DNA from: Elsinoe ampelina
Lineage: Eukaryota
Reading direction: 5' to 3'
NCBI GenBank assembly: GCA_010093995.1
Contig: ML992507.1
Coordinates: 989,868 to 1,053,867, forward strand
Length of the DNA: 64,000 nt
The position numbers were made by a program, and so were the translations under genes. Position 1 is the stretch's first letter. The number at the start of each line of letters is the position of its first letter. Positions 13,391 through 27,063 of the stretch are shown here, piece after piece. The notes below the pieces were generated by a model. That model had not been told where the DNA came from. It made no database searches and worked only from the letters and a program-made list of their open reading frames with translations.

Positions 13391-15677
13391 CTACGCAGTG
13401 GCAGAGACGGTTGGGTTGGCCTGCTGGGGCTTGCCCACGGAGACAGACTCGGCAGTGACGTCGCCGATGCTCTCCTTTGGTGTCTCGGCCTCTGTGGTGG
13501 TCTCAGCAGGCTTCGCATCGGTAGCTGGGGCAGCCTCGACAGGCTTCTCCTCGGCGGCCTTCTCAGGAACAGTGTTCTCCTTCTTGGACTCCTTCTTCTC
13601 AGTGGCAGTGGCGTTGCGGATAGCCTGGCTGCCCTTGCGGAAGATACCGCCCAGGCCACCAGACTTCTCACCCTCGGTAGTCTCACCCTCCTTCTTGTTG
13701 CCACTGAAAGAAGCGAAGAGGGACTTGCGGCGGTTCTCCTTGGGAGTGGTGGCAGTAGGCTCAGCAGTAGCAGCAGGAGTTGCATCAGTGGAAGCGGCTG
13801 GAGTCTCGGTCTTGGTGTCAAGAGTAGGAGCAGCGGTGGAGGCGGCTGGGGCCTCAGAAACATCGGCAGCGATAGGTGCGACCTCAGCAGGCTTGGGCTC
13901 CTCGATCTTCTCATCCTTGGGAGGAACAGCTGGTGCGTCAGCGGCGGAAGCCTTCTCAGCCTCCTTCACATCGCGCTTGCCGGCAGCTGGGGATTTTGCG
14001 CGGGCCTTGCTAAGTAGACCGCCGAAGAACGACTCCTTCTCCTTCTTTGGGGTCTCAACCTTGTCGACCTTCTTCTCCTCAGTTGCAGGAGCAGCAGCGG
14101 CGGCCTCAACTGGCTTGGACTCGACTGGCTCCTCGATCTTGGGAGCAGCAGCGGTCTCAGTGGCAGGGGCGGTCTCGGTAGTTGTTGGGACGGTCGCAGC
14201 AGCAGCCGGGGCAGCAGTCTCGGTCTTGGCTTCCTCATCCTTGGGTGGGACGACAGGTGCGACCTCGGACTCCTTCTTCTCGGTGGTTGGGGATCTGACT
14301 TTCTGGTAGATGCTTCCGAAGATGGAGTTTCGCTTGGCTGCCTTAGGAGTCTCCTCCTTCTTCTCCTCAGGCTTAGTTTCGGTAGTGGTAGGAGCGGCAG
14401 GTGTGGCCGCGGCAACAGGAGCGGCATCGGTGGTCTCGGTAGCCTTTGGCTCCTCCTTCTTGTCACCAGACGCAGCGACTACATCTAATCAGCATGGGTT
14501 TGTCGCGGATTTGCTTGTGATAACTTACCAGCAGCAGATGTACCGGCGACAGCGGCGCCAGTAGCAGCAGCGGCCTCAGCGACAGGCTTGTCCTCGGCCT
14601 TGGCCTCCTCCTTCTTGGCCTCGTGCTCGTCCTTCTTTCCGAGAAGAGAGCCGAAGATGGAAGCTCGCTTGCGGCTAGCAGAGCGGCTCTTGCTCTTGTT
14701 CTTCTTCTCGGCCTTCTTTGCAGCTTTCTCCGCGTCAGAAGAGGAAGAGGAGCTGGAAGAGTTGGAGCGAGCAGGGCCCTCGGTCTGCTCCTTCTTGGCC
14801 TCCTCAGCCTTGTGGTCCTCGGACTTCTTGGGAGTGGCAGCGCTGGCAGCAGCAGCTGTGCCAGCGGCAACACCACCGGCGAGAGCAGCGGGCTTGCCTA
14901 TCAAGTATGTTAGTTCCCAACCAATTTAGTAGCAGTTGTTTCTACTCACCGAGAGTCTTGATGCTGTCTTGGTAACCCTCGCTCTTCAGGATGCCTTCCT
15001 TGGAGTCCTTGGCCTCGGTGATGCCCTTCTCAATGGCGGAGTACCAGCCGTTGCGCTCGGCATCGTTGGCAGCCTTGAAAGTGTGCTTGTCGCCGTGAAC
15101 CTTGAAGCTGAACTCGTGAGGGGACTCCTTCTTCAAATCGGTGACATCAGAGAGAAGGATGACATCCTGAGGATGAGCCTTATCTGCCTCAGTCTTGACG
15201 AGATAGAGGAGACCCTTGCCGGTCTGGCTTGACCAGGCAGCGACGGGGTGTGCAGTCTTGGCCTCGGTACCGCGGAGGTAGTGGCTCAAGGATTGGGTAG
15301 AGACGGGCTCATCGCCGAGCCAGAAGTAGCGCTTGGAGAACTTGAACTGGCTGGAAAAAATGTTAGTGTCTGTAAATAGTATCTCGAATGTCAATTTCTT
15401 ACTGAACAAGACCGGGAGCCTTGTAGCCGAGAACGCCTGAAGTGACGGGGTCAACTGGCTTCTCCTCCTTTGCTGCTGGGGTGGCAGCAGTAGCGGCAGT
15501 CTCTGCTGGCTTCTCTTCAGTTGCTGGCAAGTCGAGTGGCTTTGTATCCTCGGCCTTCTTCTCTTCTGTGCTGGCGGCGGCCTCGGTGGTGGCAGCTGGG
15601 GTCGAAGACTCAGCAGTCGTGGTTGGCAGCTCCAGAGGCTTGGTGTCCTCGGCCTTCTTCTCTTCGACGGCAGACAT
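13391..15677 (-). CDS. PH-domain, Ala/Glu/Lys-rich protein (Meu6-like 'immunogenic protein'; 4 exons)
   Basis: SGVLGYKAPGL / FSKRYFWLGDEP...HTFKAANDAERNGW PH domain, SRSASRKRASIFG repeats, long low-complexity tail. Canonical introns join the ORF pieces. Confidence 0.75.
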
Positions 15678-17759
15678 GTTGTTTACTAATGTGGGTATCT
15701 CGAACGGAGCTAATTCTGCGCGTCTATCAGTCAAAAGCTCAGGGTGTAAACATTGGCAAAAGAGTGTATTTAGTATGTCTGCTACGTGAAGGTGAGATTG
15801 TTCGAGGTTGAATTAAGACTGTGCAATCTCAGGCCTCCAGAGGAAGGTACGGCTGGGTCTCTGCGCTGGCAGCAATGCTTGTGATGGGAGGCGGCTATCA
15901 AACTTACAAAAGATATAAACGTCGGACGGCAAGCGTCAACAACACGTGTAGAGCAGGCGATGGGAAGCTCTCAAGCAAAAGAGTGCACGCTGAAAGGACG
16001 TGCGATATAAAGTGATGATTATTATGTGAGTGTGGGAGGAAGGAAGATTGAGCTTGGAAGATGGACTAAAAGTTGGACATGGTCGAGGAATAATGGTCGG
16101 GCCAATCTGCGCCAACAAGCCCCAAGAGTCAGGGGCGTGATTCACTCTCACGATTCTGCCCGTGTTACTTCAGGAGTTACCTTGGAGCTTGGACTGCAGC
16201 TGTACACTATCGCTTGCTTGTGCGCTTTTCGGTGGACTCTGATGTGGCTGGATCATCTATTCGGCCCTTGCACGCCCTGCTTTGCGGCTGGTCTGGTCGA
16301 GAGATCATCCACCCTGGCGAAATTGCATAGCACACTATCTACGACTGGACAACACGAAGTCCTCGCGAGAAATGGCGGTTCTGCCCTGATGGAAGGCGTC
16401 ATTTCGCAGGCAAATGGACGCATGACGGACGATCTGCCCAGCTATCAAGCACCCGTCCTGCAGCTTGCAGCACCCTGCCATCATCGAAAAGCAAAATGCA
16501 GCCATCAATCTCTACTTTCTGCGGGCGGTGGTCTGTTGGTCATGCAAGAGTGGCGCTAATGACACACCGCCTACAGTACCCAATGTCGACGGGGCTAGCA
16601 ATCTTTTCTGAAATTGCAGCCCTGCAAATTGACCTCGCAAATTTGTGTCAGGACGTCGCCGCAGCCAATGGGACATGCACACTTCTCAAACAAGGATGAA
16701 ACACTTTGGTGTCGCGAGACAGTCCAGCCATTCCCGCCGCCAACCACAAACACATTTGAGCCTCCAATTTGCTGTTGCCGCCGCTTGACTGCACCAATAT
16801 TTCCTGCACAGAATCTGCGAGTGCCCATCAAGGATTGCGCAACGATATCCCGCCCGGGGGTGGATGCTGACTATTGCCTGCATCCATGGCCTGGACGCAT
16901 GTGACCATCAAAGCCTGTCGATCCGTCTGGGATACATTCGATCTCGTACCAGATTACGGCACTTTTTCCTCACATCAGTCTATCTTAATCTGACCACGCG
17001 ACCTCCCTCAAGGCCCGGCGGCTTCCTACCGGATAAGTGATACTGCACGTCACCATCCGGGCCTCCGAGAAGTGGTCGGGAATATTCCAAAGTGCTCGGT
17101 TCCTGGTCGAACAGCATCAAGAGTACCGCGCTTCATGTCAGGGCTTGTGCGTGTGCGTGTGCGAAAGTGAGATCTTCATCGCATTCAGACGTGGTCAACG
17201 CGCGACGTCGGCCAAGTTCGCTCGTTGCCCCACTACCTAACTTACCCGTCGGTCAAGCTTGCCCTGCAGCCGATGACACTGGTTCCTCGACGTGTTCACT
17301 GCCGATCTGTTTTGCTGAAGGATGTTCGTTTTTTCTACCGGCCGTTCTGAGAATGGTCCTTGGATGAGCGTTTTCATCCTGACACCGTTCTCATCCTTCC
17401 GAAGGTTACAGGGTCTTCTACGGCTATGTATAGAATTTCACTCCCTTGTACGACTGTAAACGAGATGGCAGGACAAGGACATGCAGTGGTCTGCGCATCC
17501 TGCAGCGCCGTTGCCGTGGGTCGGCGCTTCGACAGCGTAGGACAACAAAAAGCATCGCTGAGCACTGGTCGGGAATACCTGCCCTGCTCTCAGCATTTGC
17601 CATGCTGCCATTCTGGTACACATACATGCCTAGCCTACGATTGATATCACGTCCGTCACTCATGCTTTTGACCATATTTCGCTGGCTTTGTCCTGCCAGA
17701 CGGCCCCTGAGCCTATGGATGTCAGGCCCCTGCGAGCAAAAAAACGCAGAGCAAAAGAG

Positions 17760-17832
17760 TGGTCTGACCAGGGCTCGAACCTGGGACCTTCTGTGTGTTA
17801 GACAGGCGCGCTACCAACTGCGCCATCAGACC
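17760..17832 (-). tRNA. tRNA-Val (anticodon AAC), intronless
   Basis: Reverse complement GGTCTGATGGCGCAGTTGGTAGCGCGCCTGTCT-AAC-ACACAGAAGGTCCCAGGTTCGAGCCCTGGTCAGACCA folds as a cloverleaf with A and B boxes. T4 and T7 Pol III terminator runs follow downstream. Confidence 0.95.
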
Positions 17833-18443
17833 GTCTTTCGATCGTCTTTCGATCGTCTTGATTGGATAAAATTTGATGCTGATATCAATATAGAAGTACC
17901 CTGTAAACGTGGGGCAACAAGCATACGTTTGACAGCCCACCGAGACGCCCACGAAGGTCTTGAGGGTACGCTTGACGACAAGCACGTACAGCGTAACGCA
18001 AGTAGCCTTGACGAGAATGGGTCTGGCAAAAGCAGCGTTGCTCGACGATGAAGGTCACGTGACCCGCTGCATGAGAACGCAGCTCAACGGGTCGAGAACG
18101 GCGACGATCCCATCCACAACGGAATTTCTCGCTCTGCAAAGTGAACAGCCGTAGAATCGAGTCTCATCGCATCCAATTCTCTGGTTATAGACCTGTTTGA
18201 GTGCTACTGAGGTGTCCTCCGTGGCTCCTGCGTACGCACTGAACAGGCGAGTACTTCTCACGCCAGCATGATTCTGAGAGCCCCCTACCCGGACTCAGAG
18301 ACTTGACCACGCCATCTTGGGAGAAGAACCAATGATCGAAGACAGCCCAAGAGCTATTCCAACACGTAGGCCAGCCAGGACAACCACGCACAACCACACC
18401 AGAACAAAACACGGCTTCCACGACTCAATTGCGACCACTCAAT

Positions 18444-21400
18444 CTAACTAGCAGTAATCAAAACATAACTCGTAATCGCCCCCATCCTCTCGGCAGACAA
18501 CTTCATCCCCACCTTCAACAACTCCCTCGCCACCTCGCCCTCCCTCTCCTGCATCTCCGCCCACCCCTCCCTCCCCAACCACCACGCCACACAATCCCTC
18601 TCCGCCACGACAGTGCTCGTCCGCTGCGTCTCGCTGAAAAAAGGCAACTCGCCACACGTCGTGCCGGCGACGATACTCTCCGTGTAACCCCCCTGGTCGA
18701 GCTCGTAGTCCGCCCGCAATATCCCCGACTGCAGGATGTAGAACCCGTCCGGCTCATCGCCTGCCATGAAGAGGATGGTGCCTTGGAGGATTTCGCGGCG
18801 TTGGAAAAAGGGGGCGGCGCGGAACCAGAAGTCTTCGTTTTTCGGGCTGACGTCGAGAAAGGTCTGCAGGAGGAGCGGGAGGGGTTGTTTGAAGTTGCGC
18901 CAGCGGGATGAGTCGGGGAGGGAGGGGTCGGAGAGCGTGGCGGTCGCGGCGCGGTGGAGAAGGGTGCGGCGTGGGGAGGCGAGGGATTCGGAGAAGGCGG
19001 TGGTGCTGGCTTGTTTGGGTGGGGAGGTGGAGGGAATGTCGATGCTGGGGGTGTTGGTCTTGCCGGGGATGGTGAGGCTGTCTCGGTTTGATTTTTCGGT
19101 GAGAGTGGTGAGGAGGCTGTTCTCGCAGAACTCGAGGGCGCCATTGAGTGTTTCGAAGACCTTGGGGACGGGAATGGCATCTTCGTCATCGTCCTCGACG
19201 AAGAGTCCGACCATTTGGAGAGACTCTCCGACGTCACTTGAGAGGCTGACACCAGCAAGCACGAGTGTGACGTCCCGACGGTGAAGGATGCGGTTCATCC
19301 GTGTAAAGGCTTCTGCGGCGGAGAAGTCGATACCGGTGACATGGGAGAAGTCGAGAATGAGGAAGCGGATGGGTTCAGCAGCAAACGCCTCTGCATCAAT
19401 GACCTCCCGAACTTTGTGCTCGACCTTGACAATACTCCCGAAGAATAGGTAACCGCCGAGCTTGACGACCCTGATCTGGGGCCCGACGCGCTTGAGATAT
19501 CTTCTCTGACGATTGGGCCTGCGAACGGTAGATTCCGCAATCTCGCCGGTGAACTCTGCTCGGATGGCAGTCTTTTGTGATGTCTGAACCACATATACAA
19601 GGCATGCAAGCCCGATTCCCACAGCAATGCCAACCACGAAATCATAAACACCCATGACGACTGCAATGCAGACAATAGTGGAATACTCCAGCTTCCGAAG
19701 ACGACCATACGTAGCGACCAAAGCCTCCATTGCAAGGTCGATACCAAGCATGTAAATGAGTGTGCCAACCACCATGACCGGAACAAAGCCAATGACGACC
19801 GGTCCAGCGACCCAGAGTCCGAAAGTGGCAAGCGCAAGCATGAAGCCTGCAAGTCGGCTGTCTCCGCCAGTGTTGATGAACAAAACACTATTGACGAAGA
19901 CAAGGTAATTTTGAATACTGCCCAGGCAGCCTGAAAGAGTGTTGGAGAAGCCATGTAGCACCAATTCGCGGTTGACGCTGACATTGTCTTCCTGTACAAC
20001 AAGAGCGAGGTTCGGAACATTGATAGGCACATGAAGAATGCCAAAGAAAGTCAGTGCGAGCTGAGTGGGCACCGTTTTCCAGATGGCACCCCAATCTACC
20101 AAGGGGAATTTGTAGTAGCTGTAAAAGTTGTAGAATGGAACACCTGCCGCGGGAGCGTCGAAGACCCAGCCTTGGTCGCGGAGAGCATCCATATGGATAC
20201 TGGGAACGGCGCAAGTGATGATGTAGAAGATGACGGTAATACCGATGTAGTACGCTGGGACTAGCCAAGGACGATCATAGTACCGCTTCGTCACGAGGAG
20301 GATGATGGCCAACGCGAGAGGTGGAAGCCACAGCATGAGCTTGGTGGGTTGAACAAGCGTCTGTGCTGTTACAAGGTCGAATTGGAAGTTTCCATCCAGT
20401 CTTGCAGAGACCTCGATGCCCGTCAGGAACAGGAAGATGCCAACACCTCCTATACATCCAGTGAGAATACTGTGAGGGAAGAAGTTGACCAGAGTCCCCA
20501 GCTTAGCAGTACCGAGACCGAAGAAAACAAGACCAGTGAGAATCGAGCTCATGGCGTAAGAGACAATCACTGTCGCCCTGACAGCATCCGGATTGTCTGT
20601 ACCCATATGCGCAATGATCATGTAGCACATCTTGTGAAAGAATGGTACCACCTCGATCATCTCCGACCCTACGCCACCCCTGAATATACTGCCCGTCGAA
20701 GTGACAATTTGTGACGCTATGCAACTGACATAAAACATTGAAACACCATCAGCGCCCATGCTAGAAAAGATGTCCTCGCCAAGTGGGAATAGAATGATGC
20801 CGTATGAAAGAGCATCCAGGAGGTTAAGCAGGACGCCGAGGAAAACTGCTGGTGATACAAAGACAGGCTGTACAATTGCCCGAGAGATCTTCTCTTTGTT
20901 CCAGGACTTTGGATTGAGGATAATTTGATGTGCTTTTATGACTTGATCTCGCCATGGTTGGTATGGTATTTGTATCCGGTGCCATCGACCGAAAGTGGTG
21001 TCCTGACTCTCAAGATCTGCATCATGACCGTCGTCTGATATAGGTGCTTTGACGTGGGCGGCGCTACGCTCAGCCGAGAGAAGGGGTGTATCTTCGCCTG
21101 CCATATCTTCATCGTCGTGTTCTTGGTCCTGATCTTGTGCTTGCGCTTCGGTAATAACGACCTCTGGCATGGACGGCTCTGCATCGATGTCCCCACTTGG
21201 TGATACCGGCTCTGACCGTTCTTCTATCGCTTCCGGTCGTGGTGTTCGATCCGGGTTGCTGTCATGGTCTTCGCTGGGGCCGGTAGTGAGACTGCTTCTG
21301 GAAGGTGATTGCTCGGCGGGTCTGTGAGTCGTTGGCCGTGGGGTAGCGGTATCTGAACTCAGAAATGACGAGGATAGCTCAGCAGTCTGCTCTCTTACAC

Positions 21401-21712
21401 CGGAAGAAGAATACTGGACTGGTTCTGTTTGAGGTCAGAGTGACGCCGTATGAAGCCGTGTACCCCTGATCTACCTTGTGAAGCATGCCCCGCATGGTGT
21501 ATGTATGAGCGACTGGGGGTTTTATAGGATGAGGAAAGACCCGCGGCCCCTAGAGAGTTCCTGTTGTAGCGAACGGAGCCGGAGCGGGGGCGATCTGGTA
21601 TAGGACTGGGCCGAGTGGTAGTGTCGTCAAAGATGGCTTCCTCATTGGTGAAGGGAAGCTGCTGTTGAATGGAGCTCGAAGGGCTATGTCGTGTACTGTG
21701 TGGATTCGTCAT
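18444..21712 (-). CDS. VSB1: SulP/SLC26-family transporter with STAS and cyclic-nucleotide-binding domains (Vsb1/YGR125W-like)
   Basis: LLNLLDALSYGIILFP, GGVGSEMIEVVPFFH, LGGYLFFGSI, LDFSHVTGIDFSAAEAF (STAS), GTTCGELPFFS (cNMP). Upstream exon from ATG 21712 with intron ~21426-21474. Confidence 0.85.
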
Positions 21713-22820
21713 AGTCGAGCGCTGTCACGAAACAACGCAGTCCAGCCAGTCTTTGAAGTCAATACTGCCTTGAATTGCGCAATCCTCCTCGTGGAGCTTG
21801 CTCCTTCGTTGCGGCCGACACCGGAAGTCTAGTTGAAGTTGAATCTGTGACGCGGCCGGAGTGGTCGATGCATGCTGCTTGAATGTGCTTGATCGATTGG
21901 CAAATTGAATTAGTGCGATCCTAGCATAGAATGGTTCGCGGGAAGGGTGGAGGTGGTTGGGAGGAAACAGAGGAACCAAACTATAGCAGAACCACTTTCA
22001 AGAGCTCGACAAAAACTTGACGATCAAGTTTGAACCCTAGCGTCCGAGTCCACACCTTGTGGTGGGGAATTAGCATTTGATTGAGCAAAGATAACGGCCG
22101 TCGACTCCTATTCAGACCAGCGTTTGGATATCGAGGCAAGTTGCAATGAGGTAAATCTGCACTTATCTTCACATGACCTACTAATCTCTTCTCGATTGTT
22201 GATTGATGAGATGCAAGAAGAACTTTTCATGACATGTGCGATGCACAAAACGTGCCCCAAGCGTTTTCCATCACAGCCCTGAGGGCTTGTGGCCGCAGAT
22301 CCCTGCTCCTTGGCCCTGCACGTCGTCAAAACACCCCGCTCTGACCTGCTCATCATGGATGCTTTGCAACAGCCTCCGTTCTTGCAATCCTCGTGGGCAT
22401 GTCATCAGATCTCAGTGAACAAGATGTAGTACATGGTCAATAGGTCTATGATATTGCCAAGGTAGGTCGGACGACCATCGCAGAGCCACAAGGGAAGCAT
22501 TTTCCACCATCATCACAATCGGTCGTGGCTGGTGGACAGTTCATACTCCTCCTACAAGGTGCGTTTGCATCCTTCTTCCCTGTCTCTGCGCCGTAGTGGA
22601 GTACCAAGTCATGTCACTTCCTCTCACATGACTTGCCGCCCTCCGAGCACATAGCCAACAAGGCACTAAACTCGCCGACTCGGTCGAGGGTAAACGTTTC
22701 TGGCATCCACATCCCTCTACTGCTTGGCCTCTTGAGCATCTACATCGAGCTCATCCGCATCGGCTAGTTCAACGCCTCCGACATCACCTTCCCACCCCAT
22801 CCAACCATTGGCTCCACAGC

Positions 22821-23456
22821 ATGGACATCCGCCGGCCTCTCTCCCACCACCATCTCTCTCCTCCCTTTCCCCCCCTATCCCATCTCTCCTATCACCCCTT
22901 CAGATCCCCGTCTCGGCATCGCCCCCGGCGCCGATGCACTCAACTACCTCCTCCACTTCCCCACCGTGCAAAGCCCCTTCACCCATTCCCCCCCTCCCTA
23001 CCTCCTCTCCACATCCTCCGTCTGACCAACGGCAACAGCAGGGGCTTCGAGATTCTCTACTACACCCTGACCAGCAAGATCTCCCAATTCTACTTCTCCC
23101 TCCTCCACGACCCTTCTATCCCCCATACCATCTTCACCACCACCCTCGCCTGGACCCCCGCCAGACAGCCCACCCCCTTGCCAGGCGCCATGGATACGTA
23201 CCGCCATTCCGCCCGTGGTGAACGGAACAAGGCCGATGCTTTCCGCGCGAGACAGAGGATATTTCGACGGCCTGGCTGGCCTGGCAAGGGGCGTGATGAT
23301 GTGGCGTGTCTGGTGGAGCTGAGCAGGTTTGATGAACGGGAGGACAAGTTGCAGAGGAAGGTTTTGAATCATAGGGCGATGATGGATATGGAGAGGTATT
23401 CTTCAGAGGTGCACGGGGGGCGTTCTTGGAGGAGGCGGCATGGCAGGAGAGGGTGA
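22821..23456 (+). CDS. Hypothetical protein
   Basis: 211-aa ATG ORF with the same C-rich then G-rich composition as neighbouring real genes. No family recognised. Confidence 0.4.
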   Translation: MDIRRPLSHHHLSPPFPPLSHLSYHPFRSPSRHRPRRRCTQLPPPLPHRAKPLHPFPPSLPPLHILRLTNGNSRGFEILYYTLTSKISQFYFSLLHDPSIPHTIFTTTLAWTPARQPTPLPGAMDTYRHSARGERNKADAFRARQRIFRRPGWPGKGRDDVACLVELSRFDEREDKLQRKVLNHRAMMDMERYSSEVHGGRSWRRRHGRRG

Positions 23457-23634
23457 TTGATGAGCAAGTCCCTTTGGTCGCAGAGATGGTAGGGAAGATG
23501 GAGGAGGAATGGTGGGCGTATTTACGCCGTTTGGACGAGGAGGGCCGAGGGATGAGTTATAAGCTAAATTCACACCTGTCACGAACAATGATTCTCGCTC
23601 TACGATTCTGTACATACACACAACCACTCCAGCT

Positions 23635-24681
23635 CTACTTCTTCCCATCCAAATCCGCATAGAAATTCCACCCAAAATTCTCACTGGGATCGTTGAACCT
23701 CAACTTCTTATCCAGCTTGCTAATCTTCTGCAAATCCTCCAACCCCAACTCAAAGTCCCCCTCCAGATTCTCCCTGATCCTCTCGGGCGTCTTGCTCTTC
23801 GGAATCACCGTCCTCCCATGCGCGATGCCCCACGCCAACGCCACCTGCGCCCCGGACTTGCCGTACTTGTTCCCGATCTCCGCCAACACTGGATCGTCGA
23901 TCAGCTTGCCGATACCCTTGCCTTTGTCGTAGATTTCGTTTTGGTTGCCGAACGGCGAGTACTGCGTCACGTGGATGCCGTTCTTCTGGTGCCATTCGAA
24001 AAACTGGTGTTGTTGGAGGTAAGGGTGGAGTTCGATTTGGTGCGCCGCGGGGACGACGGAGGTATTGTCGAGGAGGCGTTGCATTTCGGCTTGGGAGAAG
24101 TTGGACACGCCGATGGCGCGTGCTTTGCCGGAGTGGTAGAGCTTCTCCATGGCTTTGTAGGTGGCGACGTAGTCGGTGTCCCCGGTTTGGACTTTGCCGT
24201 CGGCGCCTTTGGGGAACATCTTTGAGCCTCGCGCGAAGGGAGAGGGCCAGTGCATTAGGTAGAGGTCGATGTAGTCTGTTTGAAGGTCGGCGAGGGAGGC
24301 GTCAAGCTCTCTCTCGACGTCGTCCGGGTGGTGGCCCTGGTTCCAGAGCTTGGTCACTAGGAAGATTTCGCTACGGGGCACGCCCGACTTCTTGATAGCA
24401 TTCCCTACAGCCTTTTCTGTCCCGTAGATCCTGGCCGTATCTATGTGTTTATATCCACAGCTCAATGCGGATAGAACAGCTGGTTCTTGTGCATCCTTGT
24501 CTTGCCATGTCCCGAAACCGAGAGCGGGTATCGCAGCACCAGTATTGAGCTTCAGCAGCGTGCCAGTATGAGCACTCCGGGCATGCTGCTGTCTCATGGG
24601 CGCCTGACTACTCAATTGGTTCGTGACCTGATTGAGTCTGTTGACAGCATCTTTGGCATTCTTAGACATCCTTGCGAACAT
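23635..24681 (-). CDS. Aldo-keto reductase (Gcy1/Ypr1-like) with N-terminal extension
   Basis: IPALGFGTW, GYKHIDTARIYGTE, IFLVTKLWN, DLYLMHWP, AIGVSNF, HQIELHPY, IPKSKTPERIRENL. Confidence 0.92.
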   Translation of the reverse strand: MFARMSKNAKDAVNRLNQVTNQLSSQAPMRQQHARSAHTGTLLKLNTGAAIPALGFGTWQDKDAQEPAVLSALSCGYKHIDTARIYGTEKAVGNAIKKSGVPRSEIFLVTKLWNQGHHPDDVERELDASLADLQTDYIDLYLMHWPSPFARGSKMFPKGADGKVQTGDTDYVATYKAMEKLYHSGKARAIGVSNFSQAEMQRLLDNTSVVPAAHQIELHPYLQQHQFFEWHQKNGIHVTQYSPFGNQNEIYDKGKGIGKLIDDPVLAEIGNKYGKSGAQVALAWGIAHGRTVIPKSKTPERIRENLEGDFELGLEDLQKISKLDKKLRFNDPSENFGWNFYADLDGKK

Positions 24682-25678
24682 AATCCGATGAAGCTGGATA
24701 TCTTGTACACTCCGCACAGATCAGCTGATGCTCAATTTGCGTTTCGACACCATTTACATACCTAATAGCGGATGTTGGATATTCTCAATCTCTGCACGAG
24801 ATGGAATTGCAGGTGATGTCCATTGATGTCCCCTCTGTGACATCACACCTTATTGAGCTCCGAGGCCAACGGAAAGTCAGCTGGAGCTCTGCCCCGCAAT
24901 CGGCCATGTGTGCCGCCAAATGACGCCGGCAGCGAATCCACATCCAAGTGCCCGTCAGCGAGTCAGGCTCACGGTAGTGATGCATGTCCTACGCAACGCG
25001 GAAATTGGGAGACAAACAAGGTCCACATGCATGCGACTTTATTTAGACATCGCGTGCGCTCACCTCATCTCGCCTGCGAGGCCAACATGTACATTTACCC
25101 AGGCTGCGGTGCTTTCACCCAAGATGCGCTTGCAGTCCGTGGTGAACGACGTCCTCGCTTGCTAGTCCCAACCGCTAACGAATAGTTCTTGAGGTCTCAG
25201 GATGAAGCACAAAAGGGCATGGCATTGCAACGCTCTGGGGAGGTGAGTTCGTGCTATACTACTTATGGCAAAGCGCGAATGCCCGATCGGGCCGTCTCTC
25301 AGGGGGGCGAGCAGGAAGATCGACGCTAGCGGGTGAAAGTGCCCGAGCTTTTAACGAGAACCTGCAGCAACTGGGGGAGGAGGAGCCGTGGTTCGCAATT
25401 TGTTTGCTCACCGGACAAGCAGGTCCACTGTCTTGCGTAGTCAGAAAGAACGAGGTGTGTAGAAATAATAGTGGATAATAATGTGTTGATTTTTGGTTAT
25501 ATGTAGGTGTGACCGTTTACACTTCCTTACAGCTTTTGTTACAGACCAATGCTCCGTCCCTTCGAAGTACCTCCCGATTCAAAGCATTAGAAGTCATTGC
25601 GATTGAAGGTATCATCCAGGTATGGTAGAAGCGTAGTTGAATATGAATTCATACAATTCCTTGCTGTTATTCACCCGC

Positions 25679-26278
25679 TTACAAGGCGAGGAGACCGATG
25701 ATACCAGCAGCTCCAAGCATGGCACCACCAATAACACCAGTAGGCTTGGCAGCCATACCGCTGGAGCCGGCAGTGGAGCCAGCAGAAGCAGCGGAGGAGG
25801 CGCGGGAAGCACCAGAGGAGGCAGCGGAACCAATAGCGCCAGTAGCAGAGCTGATACGGCTTGAGATGGAGCCAGAGATCTCAGTGACGGAAGCGGAGGC
25901 GTTGCCGGCAGCGCCTGTGGCGGAGGAGGTGCTGTTTCCAGTGGCGGTGGCAGAGTTGGAAGCAGGAGTTCCGGTCTCCGCGGCGCCACCAATCAGGAAA
26001 GACTGAATGTCGGTGGGGAGAGCAGTGAACCAGGAAGGAGTCTGCCCGGCTGCAAACTCGGATGCGATCTGAGATGAAACAGCGTCCGAGTTGGTGAGAG
26101 CCTCCTGGATGAGAGATGAGGGGAGAGCTGTCTGCAAGACCTGGTAGACGGAGACGCTGATAACAAGTTAGTGGACGGAGTCCCGAAGAGGTTCAAGAAG
26201 TGCTTACAGGTCAAGCGATGCCTGTGCATAGGCAGTGGCCGAAAGGGCAGAGGCGAGGGCGACGATTGAGAAGCGCAT
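25679..26278 (-). CDS. Small secreted Ser/Ala-rich, probably GPI-anchored cell-wall protein
   Basis: Signal peptide MRFSIVALASALSATAYA, intron ~26160-26207, FAAGQTPSWFTALPTDIQSFL motif, S/A/G-rich stalk, hydrophobic C-terminus. Confidence 0.8.
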
Positions 26279-27063
26279 CTTGGCTGAGGTGTATGTGTGA
26301 TGGTGGTTTACAAATTATACAGCTGGTAGAATTGCGTAAAACTCCGTTGATGATGGAGAAAGGAAGTGTTAGGGGGAAAGGCGAGCTTAAAATATCCGAA
26401 CCCAAGATTGGTACCAACCGAGTCATGGCAGGTCCAGGGATGATCGACAGCATCTGGACATGCCCTGAGCTCATTCAGGATTCGCCATTCCCATTGTTCA
26501 AAGCTCACCCTTCTACCCAATCGGAACTGAAGGGAACGGAATAGCCAAGGATGTTGAACTCCAAACGTTACAACGACGTTGTTTTGAGCTGTTGCCTCCG
26601 ACTGACCTTCCCGTCCGTCATCGGGAGAATGATGAGGACCTCCGTGGCTGATGGTGGTGAGACCCACGAGTACGGCTTTGCCTGGGAACGCGCAAGCACA
26701 TTAAGCTTTGACTGGACCCACCAACAACCGACTGGGCGGACAACCACGCAGACCAGGATGTAGAATAGTCTGGTCCACTTGAAGACTTGCGACTGCCTAG
26801 AGCTTCACCTTTTGTCTCGTGGCAAAACAAGATCAGACAAAACTTTCCGTCGACGACAAGACGCCTGCCACCCGAATGTTTGACTCGCCGACAGGTACCT
26901 TCCTGCCACTGTTGCTTGCTGTCTACCACGCGATACTCTGCTGGTCCAAACCGCACGATTGTATCAGCCATCCATTCCCAAATGCACGTGCACCACCACC
27001 GAGGGTATATTCCATGCCGTAGGTATCCAAACGCCGATATATCCTGATGCATGCCTGCCGTCC

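Noticed and set aside
15560..15670. Duplicated EEKKAEDTKPL(E/D)LP peptide in the PH protein
   Set aside because: Ordinary short repeat in a low-complexity region.
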